In this document: in pieces, positions 38,104-51,629 of the stretch
How positions within the stretch are numbered: the stretch's first letter is position 1
Layout of the letters: every line of letters starts with the position of its first letter
Origin: Octopus bimaculoides
Taxonomy: Eukaryota
Direction of reading: 5' to 3'
Assembly: GCF_001194135.2 (NCBI RefSeq)
Contig: NC_068999.1
Location: 16,746,476-16,810,475 of the forward strand
DNA: 64,000 nucleotides
Program-made: the position numbers and the translations under genes
Notes under the pieces: model-generated
What the model saw: the letters and a program-made list of their open reading frames with translations, nothing else
Databases searched by the model: none
What the model was told of the DNA's origin: nothing

Positions 38104-38905
38104 TTGGGTTTGCAAGAAAATAGTTTCATTTTTCGCAAATAAATAGAGTTGCGACTTTTTGAATGTTAAGATATTTTCATTTGACTTTTGATAGCCGTTA
38201 CGTTTTAGCTTACTTTAAAAGTAAATTGCGCCCAATTTTGTTTACAGCTGTTAGTTCAGTGTCAATTTTAACATGGAGTGCAAAAACGAACATTTTCTCC
38301 ACATTTTGCTTTTTTTATTTCCATAGTGGCAAGAAAGCTGCTGGGGCTCACAAGGAGATTTGTGAAGATTATGGTGGTGATTCCTTGAAAGAATGCACAA
38401 GATAGAAATGTTTCAAAAAGTTCCGGTCTGGAAATTTTTCATTCAAAGATGATTAATGTTCTAGTCGACCTACAGAGGTTGATGCTCGAATCAAAGCCAT
38501 AATTGAATCTGATTGTCAGATACAATTTGGAGGGATTACAAATGTGTTGTGTATTTTGAGCTGCTTCCAATGAACCAAATGACCAATTCAAATGTTTACT
38601 GTCAACAACTAATAGAACTAGAGGAAGCATTCAAAGAAAAACGGCAAGAATTGGCAAATCGTAAAGGAATCGTGTTCCACCATGACAACGCTAGACCACA
38701 CACCTCTTTGCTAACTGGTGGAAAATGACTGGAGCTTGGTTGGAAAGTGATGTAACATATACCATATAGCCCTAAACTTGCACTACCATATTACCATCTA
38801 TTTCAGAGTTTGCAAACTTCTTTGAATGGTAAAACTTTCAATAATGATGATGGCCTGAAACCGCACTTGCACCAGTTTTTGTCCGATAAGGACTAGAAGA
38901 TCTTT
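38104..38905 (+). mobile_element. Internally deleted mariner (DD34D, Mos1/Hsmar1-like) remnant
   Basis: Left end TA|TTGGGTTTGCAAG. HTH region AHKEICEDYG...FKKFRSGNFSFKD...SRPTEVD is joined directly to WRDYKCVVYFELLP...VYCQQL...KGIVFHHDNARPHTS (38678-38701) ...LELGWKV..H.PYSPKLALPYYHLFQSLQ..LNGKTF. There are multiple stops, and no right TIR was seen. Confidence 0.9.
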
Positions 38906-39950
38906 AAGCTTTGTATTTTTAAGTGAAAATTTGTCCTACAATATACCATTTTTAAAAGGTTGCAAGCTATTTGAAGGTATCTGACTACTATATTTCTTGG
39001 TTCCAGCAAGTACATAGAGCCTCCGCTTTTGTCTGAGAAGCATATATGATTAGTTAAACACTTTCTATGAACTTCATAAACGACGTAATTCTTGATATTG
39101 ACAATATAAAACGCGGAGAGATTATATTATTAAAGCAGTCCAGTCATTCACTAACTCGGTTGCTTAGCAACAACTCAGAAAATATCTTGTTTCATTCGGA
39201 TGAAACATTAAATTGTGGTTGCTGTGCTATTTAACACATATCTTATTTCAAACTATGGCGTCAACAAGGCCGTTATTGAAAACCATTAATGCGAATTTTC
39301 TGTATTTCATATCCAACATTTTCATGATATATAATATGAGAAACCTTTAAAATATTCTTTAACGGAAATATAGTGAAACAAAATAATATTATTTAAGCAA
39401 GATAAAGATATGTATCATATTCATAAATCCAATATATTTTGTTGGTTAGTCACAGCTTGGGCACTGTTTGAGAGGAGCGGAGGAAACACACTATGTTGAT
39501 TGATAATACGAAGATCCTAAGCCCAAACTTCTCAAATTTTCTCCACGTTTTGATGAAATATGCATATGTGTATTTTAAAATGTGAATTAATCAAAATTCC
39601 AATGTTTCACGAAAGCAGATAGACATATAGACAGTTATTTCAATATACTATTGATGCTGATTTCTTTATAACCATATCAATCATACTTCCAGAGTCAGAT
39701 ATATGTGTTCTACAATTCTGTGGAGCACATGGGGCAGTCTACAGGCATCAACTCAGGTTTGTTTGGATAAGCTTTTTCTCTTTCTTTACTGTTCGTCAGG
39801 TAGTATGGTATTGCTATTCCCTCGTTCAATTCTTTTCCATTCCTTAAAGAAATTGACATTTCATCGATAATTTTGTAACATTTTTATTACTGCTAACATA
39901 AAAGCTCACTTAATATAATTCTATTTCGCGTAAAATTAATTGAAATATAT

Positions 39951-40176
39951 ATGGCGGTCACCAGGCAGAATCGTAAAAACGCCGAGGAAAATGCTTGGCG
40001 GCATTTCGTCCATCTTTACAATCTGATTACAAATGCTGCCAGCGTCAGCTTTACTCATCATCGTTTTACAGTCGATATATGTACCAGTCGAACATCAGTG
40101 GTGGTGTTGGGATGTCAATGTTATCGGCTTAACCTCTCTCCCGAAATTGCTGGCCTTGTGTCTAGTTGCGAAACCA
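39951..40176 (+). mobile_element. SINE family A, full length, diverged
   Basis: GGCGGT..CCAGGCAGAATCGT...AAAATGCTTGGCGGCATTTCGTC...GTACCAGTC...GAAATTGCTGGCCTTGTG. Confidence 0.75.
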
Positions 40177-42063
40177 TTATGTATTGAAAATATACGCACG
40201 TTTCAAAAATTAACTTTTACGTATGTTATTGACCAAATAATAAATAACAGGACTTTGTGAGATTTAAAATTAAAGCATGCAGGGACGTAGCTTTATTCCA
40301 CAGCATATTTTCGACCCCACGATGTTGTATCAAGCATGACTTTTTCGAGATTTCCTGCTCTTGGGTGGTATATTTCACCCGCCGCTCTGCTTAATTCCGC
40401 AATGTGGTTCTTGACTGATTTTAGCGAAGTTTACCCTGCTACAAGGATTGATGCTAGGTCTTGGATTTGAGATTAAATTCATTCCATCCTCGACCCAGTA
40501 TGGGAGGTTTTAAGAAATACGAGCTCATAACATAAGAGCTATCAACCCTTAACCTAACTAAATAGTAAAAGAAAGGAAAAAAAATCTTCTCTGATACAAT
40601 GAATTTGGCAATGGCATATCTCGTTACTTCTGTAAGAATTATCAATCATGTCTCACTGTAACGTCATTCTACAATTAAAGGATTAGAAGGACACGAAGGG
40701 TAATGTAGTCCTAGATACACTTGACAAAAAACAAAACAGATTAGTTGAGAGTGGAATGTCTTTAATCATAGCGTGGCCTGATCAGTGATAAACAGATGTT
40801 AAAATATAGCAACAATACAGTTTTCAATAATGATAGTATTCAAAATATAACGGAGTGGTCACGGTTGGAGTACGCTCGATCATTGATCTTGAATCGATAA
40901 TTTATCAAATCGTGGTTAATTATTTATTCATGTAGAGTTAGTGTGAACATTACAATCTGTCATCACATGCATGTAACTCTTCCAGTGCACTTCTGATGCA
41001 CATATTCAATAAACAGAAAAATAATAGACGAACATGACTTTCACTAAAATGCAACAACATTGAAAACAAAGACACCATCTATTGGGATTTCTTAACAAAT
41101 TATACCAATTGAAGCCAAGTTGTCAGACACATTTTTCGAAATACAGAAAGAAAAAAGAAAGAAAAGTCATGTTCATTGATTAGCAATGCTATCAGAAAAT
41201 ATAATTTCATTAAAGAAAAGAATCGCTGAAAAAACACATTTTTCACCAGAAATGTAAATTAACAAAATGTGGGCGAAAACTAAAGAGATACAAGTTACGA
41301 GGCACGAAGAAATGAATAATGGCCAGGGAAATAAATATAAAAAAATATATACTAAAGGGTCTAGATGATGAACTGCATAAAAATAGTCCATTTACTAAGG
41401 AGAGAAAAACAACAACAATAACAAAAAATAACTTGATATAAAAAAAAACGAACCTAATTAATCCTTTTTTTCTAACGATGCTGAAATAGCACTGAAAACA
41501 ATTGTTAAAAGAACTTTGCTTCATGATATATGGTAGACCTTTTGTGGGATAAATATTCAATTATCGTAAGAGACTTCCTGCCCTTGTTCATATCCTTCTT
41601 ATGCAAGCTGATTATCATTGGCAACTTGATATTATTTCTTGTGATTGAAGTAAGTAAATGAAGGTAACGTCAGACAATTAACATTGCACCATGTCTTAGG
41701 GCAATGCATATACATTTTTTTGTAGATAATATTGTTTTGTCTAAGGCCAATCTGGAGTTCAGCCACAGATTTTTAACTGCCTACTGAGAGAAGAAAAGTT
41801 AAACTCACTTGATTTTTCCTAGGGCTTCCTCGGCAGTTGGGAAGGGGGAAATATTTTATATTGCCCTGACAGGAGTCAGAGCTCGAATACCTGCAACAGT
41901 GTAAACTTTGCTAATGGTTTCATTGATCGAAGTGATAGTGTCAAAAATGGGGATTTGCTAAATTTACTGCACCTGTGCTTATCTCGTCTTCGCAGTTAAA
42001 GTTATATCTAGGGCAACAGAATAAAATGTATTTTTTTCATTTTTTTAAACATTACAGGAATAG

Positions 42064-42557
42064 TTCTAACGGAGATCAGCTTCGCTGTAGCAGTTATAGG
42101 AACAATGAAGAACTGTCACACTGGAGTGTGTATATTAGATGTATATGGGGGTACGTTTCAATAAAAATCACCTGTTTTTTGCATCATGGTTTAATCTGAT
42201 AACATGACAGAAAGAAATTAGTAAATTAGAAAATATTGTAACTAAAAAAATAGAGATACGACGAAATGTACTCTAGTTGTGATTATCTCATCTTTGCAGT
42301 TGAGTATTTCTAGAACAACATAATAGAATGCATTAAAAAAAAAAAATGTTAACAGTAGGCCAATGATTCTAATGGAGATTAGCTTCTGTGTAGCAGTTAT
42401 AGGAACAATCAAAAACTATCACTCTAGAGTGACTAAAGGATAGTAGATGTATGCGAAGTATGTTTCCATAAAATCACCATTTTTTGTATCATGGGTTGAT
42501 CTGATAACATGACCAAAAGAAAGTAGTGAATTAGTAAATATTCTAACTAAAAAAATA
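42064..42557. repeat. Diverged tandem duplication, period about 303 bp
   Basis: 42064-42253 aligns with 42367-42557. Shared blocks include TGTAGCAGTTATAGGAACAAT, ATCTGATAACATGAC and TAACTAAAAAAATA. Confidence 0.9.
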
Positions 42558-45500
42558 TCGCGTATACAAAAATGTGAAGAAATATACGATTTGTCCACTT
42601 TTTCTTTCTTAATATTCTAATGTTCGCGTATTTAACATTTTTCTCTATATCGTAAAATTTTGAAATACTGGTATTGGAAATTTATTCCATATCTAAAGTC
42701 AATATCTCTAGTTATGTAATCATAAAACACTTACACAAATTCAACGCCCATATTATATTTCATTCAGTTTAATTTTATTATTCTAAAATCTTGAAATCAA
42801 TAATTTTATTTTGCATGAATATGTGTTATAAGTAGGTGCGAATTTCCAATTATCCAAAACCTCTTCAAAATAACTTTTCTGCACACGCCATCTACACATT
42901 GCTTGAGTTTGAAGCAGTATAAGTTGTTTCAAACGATGCTTTATGTATAGAAATTAAATGCATTAAATTATGAAACAATTTTCAATTAAATCATATTTAA
43001 TAAGCACCTCGTTAACTAAAGATATTGTATCTAAAAGTGAGGTGTTATTTAATAAAAATCTTACGTAATGTATATTCAAATATGTAGAATGAATTTGGCT
43101 AATAATTAATAAATTAAATATCCACATTAGCTGGAGTAACATGGATAGCACAAAATTATTCGTTTATTGTAAAAATATATTTTCCCAAAATAAATACATA
43201 ATTATATATGTGTATACACTTCTGTTTAGATTTGAATACTTTTTAAAATTCCCATCGCTTCAACATTTTTATATTTTACTAACACACTACTAATAAACCT
43301 TCAAAGTAACATTTATAAAATTGTTCGTTTTCCTAAAATAAAAACTCAGCCAGATGTTGTACCATCTTAAAATGACTGAGTTGGACAATCATATTAAGAC
43401 GGTATAAATGGGATGGAATAGAATGCAATCATATGAATTGCAGATATACCAGGACTAGAAAACAGCAACATTAGCTCACTAAAGTCTAGTATCCATATGG
43501 CATCATTAAAATGTTCCTGCTTATTTTTCTCAAGGCTCTGAAAAGTTCCGCAAAATAGGGTGAGGATCGCCGGTAACCATCGTTTTAAAGGGTTTATTCA
43601 TACATGATAATAACATGCCTTGTGTTCAGAAAATAACGTATATGAATGTACTTAGGTGAACCGAGTATTGCAGTGTGTCAACTGTAGAAATCGTGATGCC
43701 TCAATGGCTTCGACTTGAATTAAATAAAATTGATGACAGACACTACATCATCAATTTTATCTATTCTGCCGTTTAAACGTCTTTGGGGAATACATGTATC
43801 TGTATTCACATTTTTGTAGTGAACGCCTTTCGGCCATGCTTTGCACTAACATCGAGATGATCCTCGTAACTAAGGCATTTCATGTTTATGTTTATTCCCA
43901 ATAGTAAGCAAGCTGAGCGAGTCTATCTGCCACAGCTACCCATCTACCATAGATTCGAGGATAAAATTTAGTAGATGCAAAATCCATGGAATGCTGTTGG
44001 AGTGACATTCTGAATTGAAGATCTATTTGTGACTCTTAACAGAAAATCTCCATTTTTCTCTCCTACATTTTTATTATCTCTGTTTGTAGCTTATTGATTA
44101 CTGTATAAAAGATGATGCATTTTAAAGGGAAAATGGTACCAGAAAAGCTGTAAATATTTTACTAATTAATCTGGTTCAAAGATTTACTGCCTATTCATTC
44201 TACTTTTCTTTTTGTCGCTCTGTAAATGATTCGCCCCTCATAAATAACTGGTTTCATTTCATTTGTACTCATAATTTTTCCTTGCAGTTGTTTGAAAGAT
44301 GCATCAAATTTATCAACGTCGCTATTCTCTCAAGTAACTGGGATATCCACTTCTTCCGGACGAAAACTTTAAAAGAATTAAATTGAGTTGATTATCTGAA
44401 CAAACCCAATAAAGGTTATGGGATATGACATTCTTATATCATGGTGCATTCATATATCCACTTCAATATTGAGAAATAAAATCAGCTACTGCTTCTATAA
44501 AATGATTTTTGTGCGTAACGTAAGTGTTAAACTATTACACAAAAAAAATGGGGTAATAATTTCACAAAATTTATTAAATTCAACAGTGATGTGGAAGAGT
44601 AGTGAGATGTTGTTTAGTTAAAGTGTTGAAGATCCATTATAATGTAACCTAATGAGAAGCATTTAGTTCTTTAATTCGACGTTGTAGAGTTTAATTACTT
44701 TGCCCTCTGACAAAACAGCAATTGTCAAGATCGAGTAATTAAATAACAAGAGGCCGAGAATATGTCGAGCAATCTACTCAATCAGCAGTAACATCTGCTC
44801 TTACAATTTCCTCTCTTTAGTTATCCTTATCTTACTTCACGTTCTTTAGTCTTCTATCCTGGTTTAATATTGGAAGTCAAACGGGGCGGGGTTATATCGC
44901 TACATAACATTTGTCCTTCTGTGTAGGAATTTAAGTTTGAGAGAAAGCAGATCAAAGTTGATAAAAATTATAAAAAAACAAAAAAGAAAAAAAGAAAAAT
45001 AAAAAGAAGGAAATAATAACAACAACAACAACAATACTACGCCATCTCTACCCCGATAGAACATAACAATAAAAAAATAATACTGCAAAACCACAAAGAA
45101 GTTTAACTAGTCTAATAGATACAAGAAATGATGACAAAGAAAACAATATCAATCAAAAACCAGATTTGATCTTTAATTTTCTTCTTTCATCGACAGTAAA
45201 TGATTAGATAACCAGAACGAATATATTACTTCCTACATTTAACAATAACTTGTTGAGTGAAAAATTGTTAAAAGAAATGCTAAAGAAAATCCTTCTCCAC
45301 AGAAACAAAGAACGAAGAAACTACCAAAGTCATTCCATCTCGTGGAATGACTGTCCAGGCAGAAGAAAGAGAGAGTAGAATTTCAATTATCATTGCTCAC
45401 TGAATTTTCACGTCGATGATGTTAATATTGTTGTTGTGTTATTTATTGTCGTTGTTGTTGTCTATGATGATGATGATGAAGATGATGTTTTTGTTGCCAG

Positions 45501-45737
45501 TATTTTACGTGATTGTTGCAGTGTTCCCCCCACCCCCATTTTTCTTATCTATTCTCTAAGATTAAGAAAAAACAACAACAAAAAACGTAGCCTATTATTT
45601 TCCGGTAAGTGAATTGTTCTTCAATCGAAAATAAAATTGATAGAAAATCTATGCTAAAAGGGAAATTCTGCTACAACACAAAAATAACTACAGTAGCCAC
45701 TGTTAATCCTAATCCTATTACTACTAATAATGGCAAT

Positions 45738-45852
45738 ACAAACTATGACCACTACTACTACTACTACTACTACCACCATTACTACTACTACTACTACCAC
45801 CACCACCACCACTACTACCACCACCACCACCACTACTACCACCACCACCACC

Positions 45853-45888
<36 letters not shown>

Positions 45889-45890
45889 GA
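45738..45890. repeat. (TAC)n/(CAC)n mosaic trinucleotide repeat
   Basis: Directly visible. It produces the poly-T, poly-V and poly-H/Y ORFs in the track. Confidence 0.95.
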
Positions 45891-47054
45891 CGCTGCTTCA
45901 GTTACTCGTATAGCGGTTCTATTAATTGAATTTACGTTTTAACGGCAGCTTTTTTTAGTAATAGGAAAATAAAAGAGCGAAGCGAAAGAAGAAGAAGAAG
46001 ACGAAGACGAAGACGAAGACGACGTTGGTAAAAATTATATAGTAAAGGCTAGTTGCAAGCAAAAAGCAAGGAAAAACGATAGCGAAAGGAAAAAAGAAAA
46101 AAACTAAATGTAAAAGTAACATTATTTTGGAACAGAAAATGAAGCTTGGCAGAGATGTCTTATTAGAAACATGAATTTCATGTTTTGGTAGTAGTCTTGT
46201 AACGCTTTAACGACGGAGCTCAATGGGAGGATCACGTCGCATCGGCTTTTAGTAACTATCTTTCTTTAGTAGTTTAGTTTAAAATTAGTTGATTCCTGGG
46301 AGTGGAAAAATAATCACCTTTGGTTCAGTACTTGATGTTCTACTTTAATGAGAAATTAATACAGATAATGTTGTTAGTCGTGCGCCAAGGTAAATTTAGA
46401 GAAATATTTGTTCTTTTAAATTTTATTTTAGAGATTGTGCGATTTTAATTTGATTGCATTGTTAAAGGCTTTTGATGTTTTTGGATAATTGGTTAGCTTT
46501 CATCGAGCGGACTTATGATCAAATGCTTCCCACCGGTGATCATACTGTCGTTATTGTTTGCTTTCACGCGAAGCACATCTATGAACAGTATTATCCAACA
46601 CTTCCTTCCTTTTCTTATGTGATAGAGTGTGGCATGAAAGAAATTTAGCTGTTGATTCTAGAAAGTCAAGCACTCACTTAGTTGATTCCTGAAAGGCGTA
46701 CTTCTTTAAAGCATTTAAGCGCTGGTTATTCGTTAAATAAGCAAATAAAACAATTGAAAAATCTTCTACTACTACTACTACCACCACCACCGCCTAGAGT
46801 AGAAAATAATAATAATAATAACAACGACGTCGACAATGATAATAACACATCTCCACACGAAATAGAAGAAAATTTAAGATCCAAGAAAAAATGATACTGC
46901 TTAGTTGCAAAACAAAACAAATAGATTCTAGAATCGATGACATGCACGAAAACAATATCAATTAAAACAGATTTTCGTCTTCATTTTTTTTCTTTTATCG
47001 ACACTAAATGTTTAAATAACCAGAAAGATCTCGCTGCTATTACTGGCAGGTTGA

Positions 47055-47225
47055 AACGTTGGACAGAAGATTATTTTTTATTGCATATAGTCATAAACCA
47101 ATCCGCCTTGAATCAGCATCCAACTGACTTGATATAAAGTAACATTTACCTTAGTTGGATGCTGATTCAATAATACGGATTGGTTTATGACTATATGCAA
47201 TAAAAAAAATCTTCTGTCCAACGTT
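47055..47225. mobile_element. Unclassified foldback element bounded by AACGTT
   Basis: Arms of about 70 bp, AACGTTGGACAGAAGATT...GTCATAAACCAATCCG..TTGAATCAGCATCCAACT, are inverted around a spacer of about 27 bp. Confidence 0.7.
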
Positions 47226-47556
47226 CTACTGATTCGACCATTCTGTTATTCTGTCTCGATTCCACTGATTGTGCAAGATAAATCTGCTATCTTTACTTAT
47301 AACCTTTTTCTAACATATATGTACGAACGTATTTCAATTATTTCAATACAAGGGACATTGTCAAGCGGTATAGAATGGATGTGTCAAGCAATATGGTACC
47401 TTTGCTTGAAGCTGTGAAGCATAATTGCGGTATGCTGAGCGGCAAAGTTGCTCCAAGCTGTTCGGCATCTTTGTAGTATATTTTGGCTGTTGATTTAAAT
47501 ATTTGCAATAGTCTTAGAGTTAGTTAAGCTCTCAAAACTGCTCAAGTAAATGTTAC

Positions 47557-47757
47557 TTTCAAATTTTGGCACAAGGCCAGCACTTTCGGGGAAGTGGCTA
47601 AGTCAATTCCATCGACTCCAGTGCTGAACTGGTACTTATTTTATCAACCCCAAAAGGATGAACGGCAAATTCAACCTCGGCGGAATTTGAAATCAGAACG
47701 TAACGAAATGCCGCTACATTTTCCCCAGCGCGCTAACAATTCTGCTAGCTCACCGCC
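47557..47757 (-). mobile_element. SINE family A, full length
   Basis: Minus strand GGCGGTGAGCTAGCAGAATTGTTAGC...CGTTCTGATTTCAAATTCCGCCGAGGTTG...TTCATCCTTTTGGGGTTGATAAAATAAGTACCAG...GGCCTTGTGCCAAAATTTGAAA. Confidence 0.85.
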
Positions 47758-50163
47758 ATCTCTAATGTACATATTATCCTCATTACTATTTAGAGAGTGT
47801 GACATATTCAAAGAATCCATAGAGCATCAGATAAGTGTCTTGTGGTGTTCGTTTCACCTTTTTTTGCCCATTCTGCTCTCAAAAGCTGTATTGGTCAACT
47901 TAGCCTAGCAACTATCAGATTTCGATAAAATAAAACACAGTGTAGTACTGGAGTTAATTTAATCAAATAACACCAGCCCTCTGATTTGAGACTTTGTGCC
48001 TACGTAGTACATTATTATTACTTACTAGAGATGGCGGTCGATTGAACGAAATGTTAGAATGTCAAACAAGATGTCTTACAATATTTTGTTGCTGATATTT
48101 ACTTAATTGAGTTCAAATCTCAAAAGTGCCAAATTTACCGCATCTACTTTTCATCTTTCTAGGATTGACAAAATAGGTACGATTCAAATTATGGATTCGG
48201 GTGAAGTTCCTGAAACCGACTGTTGTATTGTGAAGAGGCAATGAGTTGCTCAAGGTGGCTTTTTATTCAGAAAAGAGAGATGTATCGAGCGAAAGTGACT
48301 CAAGCTCTCACATGACAGAATAACTGGAAGCTGTCTAGAAGTTTCTGTATTGCAGTACAACAAAGAATACAAATAAAATAAAGAAGATGATGCGGTAATG
48401 TTTGGGCAAATATTATAAAGAATAGTTTGAAATATTGAGCAACACCCGTAAAACTTCAGTGTTCAATTCCCCATGCATATTTAATTCTCAGTCTTCCAAT
48501 TTCAAGAAAAATACCGTACCAGTCATGAACTGAGGTCGGATAAATCGACTACATTGCTCTTCTTGATTTTAAGTAGAGATTGTTAAAGATATTGAAAACA
48601 GTCATAAATTGCATTACTGATTCCTTTGACTGATGACAGAATAACAGAATGATGGAATCAGCGAGTAGAGGTTTTGTGAGTATTTAGTCGTGCATCTTTC
48701 CATTTCTGAATTAACATCGCCATAAACTGAAATCTAATAGCAATAACTAATCTTGGATAATATAGCCCTAAAAAGATGCCCTTAAAAATGGGATAATCGT
48801 ACCACACGTCATAGATTAAGCAAGAAGAACGTCCGAACAATTTCAACTTTGACCTATCTCTGTATGGAATTGATAAAATAAGTTGTAATGAAGATCTTCC
48901 ATCGATGCAACCTTTATCAATTTAATATCTTCCGTGTGGCACAGTACGTGGGTACATCTATGCTTGTCACGTTCTCTCGTGTCCTTTGAAAGTTTTTTGA
49001 TAACAAACAAGATAAGAGGAGGTCATTCGCCTTTCACATGATCCTTCTCGATATCTCGTTAAGAAATGATACATTATAAATTGTAGTCATAAGACTGACA
49101 ATGCAGACTGATTTTTAAAGTGTATGCATGCGTGTGAGTGTTTTTTATGTGTTATTTTAGTGAGGGGAATAGCAGTACTCATTGCACATTGTACAGCTTC
49201 CGATACAGGTGGGAGGCTAGAAGATATTTTTAATTCAGTGAACTGGCCTCTAAAGCTTGCAACAAAACGATACTTATGACAATATGATGGTATTATATTG
49301 GGGGAGAGGTTAAATCTTCACTCCATCTAGCTTATTGCCGGACGATTACCCCGAACAAAATAATACGGAATGGAAATCGCAAAACATCCGGTGCAATAAG
49401 TGTACAGTTCAGCCAGTGCACCGTCCTATACTGAAGCGAATATATCGACCCCGAAATGATATAAAGCAATGTAATCTACGGGATATCTAAATTCAAGGCC
49501 CAGACAGTTGGATCAAATACCATACGAGGCATTCTAAAAGAAACGTCAACGTTTCTAACAATTCGCTACCTTTTTTGTAAAGGTTCGATAAAGAGAGGGA
49601 GGGAGAGAGGAAACAGAGAAAAGGGGGGAGAGAAAAAGAGAGCGGGAGAGAAAGAAAACAGAAAGAAAGTAAAGAGAGAAAAAAAATGTAAGGAAAAGAG
49701 AAAAGAATGAATCAATTCAGTTCAAGACCGGTACATTGCCGATACCGGAATATGAAAAAAAAAAAATATTTTTACATTGGCGACATTTGAACTCAGACAG
49801 CGTGGAGGTTGAACNNNNNNNNNNNNNNNNNNNNNNNNNNNNNNNNNNNNNNNNNNNNNNNNNNNNNNNNNNNNNNNNNNNNNNNNNNNNNNNNNNNNNN
49901 NNNNNNNNNNNNNNNNNNNNNNNNNNNNNNNNNNNNNNNNNNNNNNNNNNNNNNNNNNNNNNNNNNNNNNNNNNNNNNNNNNNNNNNNNNNNNNNNNNNN
50001 NNNNNNNNNNNNNNNNNNNNNNNNNNNNNNNNNNNNNNNNNNNNNNNNNNNNNNNNNNNNNNNNNNNNNNNNNNNNNNNNNNNNNNNNNNNNNNNNNNNN
50101 NNNNNNNNNNNNNNNNNNNNNNNNNNNNNNNNNNNNNNNNNNNNNNNNNNNNNNNNNNNNNNN

Positions 50164-50202
<39 letters not shown>

Positions 50203-50484
50203 TGTGTGTGTATGTAAGTTTTTAATATCTTCTAGTTAATTATTCACTTTCAATATATAACTCTCTCTGTGAGTGTAAATCGATTTTATTTTTTCTAAAA
50301 ACATAGAGTACTGTTGTAATATCATATCCATTAATATTTTCAATTTATATATTTTTTATTATAATCTGCAACCGTGTTCCGAAATATTATAATTCTATTA
50401 ATTTTACTTGAAAAAAGAAGTTTCATTTTAATACAAATTCTGTTGAGAGATATGAAGTCAGCATATTTACAAGAAAATGACATG

Positions 50485-50533
<49 letters not shown>

Positions 50534-51629
50534 CACACATATGTATATATATATATATGTGGCGGGGGGTGTACATTTATAGGAAGATAGCATGTATACT
50601 AAGCAGAGAAAACATCTGCTGCAGTTTTTATTTTAATAATAATTCACTTGATATATTTATGTTTAAAACGTGTAGCAGAATATTGTATGGCTTGCAATTT
50701 TAAATACTGTGTTAGCTACAGTGATATACTGGTAAGATATCATTTCAGATTATTAGCTAAATACACATTCATTCCTGGTCATCAATTTCGGTCTGTTTTC
50801 TTACAATGTATTAGACTTACTGGATACAAAGATGTATACAGTGAGATTTCACTGTATTTTGTTTCAACCAATGAAAGAATCTGGAGAACTTGAAGTTATA
50901 CAAGCAGCTAATATGAGCTGGAACTATTGTTTTCTCAATGAGTTTCAAATATTGCAATTTTCATTTTTGTGTATTGAAACAATAACAACAATAATAATAA
51001 CGGAAAAATACGATGACAACCAAAATTACTTCCTTTATTTGACGTTGAATGTGTGTGACAGATTTGATATTCTTGCGCATTTATACGATATTAAATGCGT
51101 CGCTTCTCCATAAATGTTTTTATTTCACTTCATGTAATATTATACATCTGTGTGTGTGTGTGTGTGTGTGCGTGGAGTAGATAGGCAACCGACAACGGAC
51201 GAAGGCTCGTTCTTTGTATTACTTGTCTTGTTTTCCATTTTTTCCTCTCGTTATNNNNNNNNNNNNNNNNNNNNNNNNNNNNNNNNNNNNNNNNNNNNNN
51301 NNNNNNNNNNNNNNNNNNNNNNNNNNNNNNNNNNNNNNNNNNNNNNNNNNNNNNNNNNNNNNNNNNNNNNNNNNNNNNNNNTTTACAAAAAAAAAAACCA
51401 ATAGACGAAGATGAGTGTGAAAACAACAAACAGTTGTATTAGTTTAAACCTCGGGAAGTGAGAAAGTCTTTTACATTTCGAGCCTACGCTCTTCAACAGA
51501 AAGGAACACGCAGAGATCAATAAGTGTGTGTATGTATACACATACATACATACATACATGCATGCATACATACATACATACATACATACATACATACATA
51601 CATACATACATGCATACACATATGCAAAG

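Noticed and set aside
41530-41649. ATG-initiated hydrophobic frame MVDLLWDKYS...LFLVIE ending at gtaagt
   Set aside because: Short, with no compatible downstream exon or homology that I could identify.
44289-44334. Strong plus acceptor with gtaact donor (46 nt)
   Set aside because: An isolated signal. Such sites are frequent in AT-rich DNA.
50749-51113. Long plus-strand open frames with acceptor and gtgaga donor
   Set aside because: Low-complexity AT-rich composition, two competing frames and no motif.
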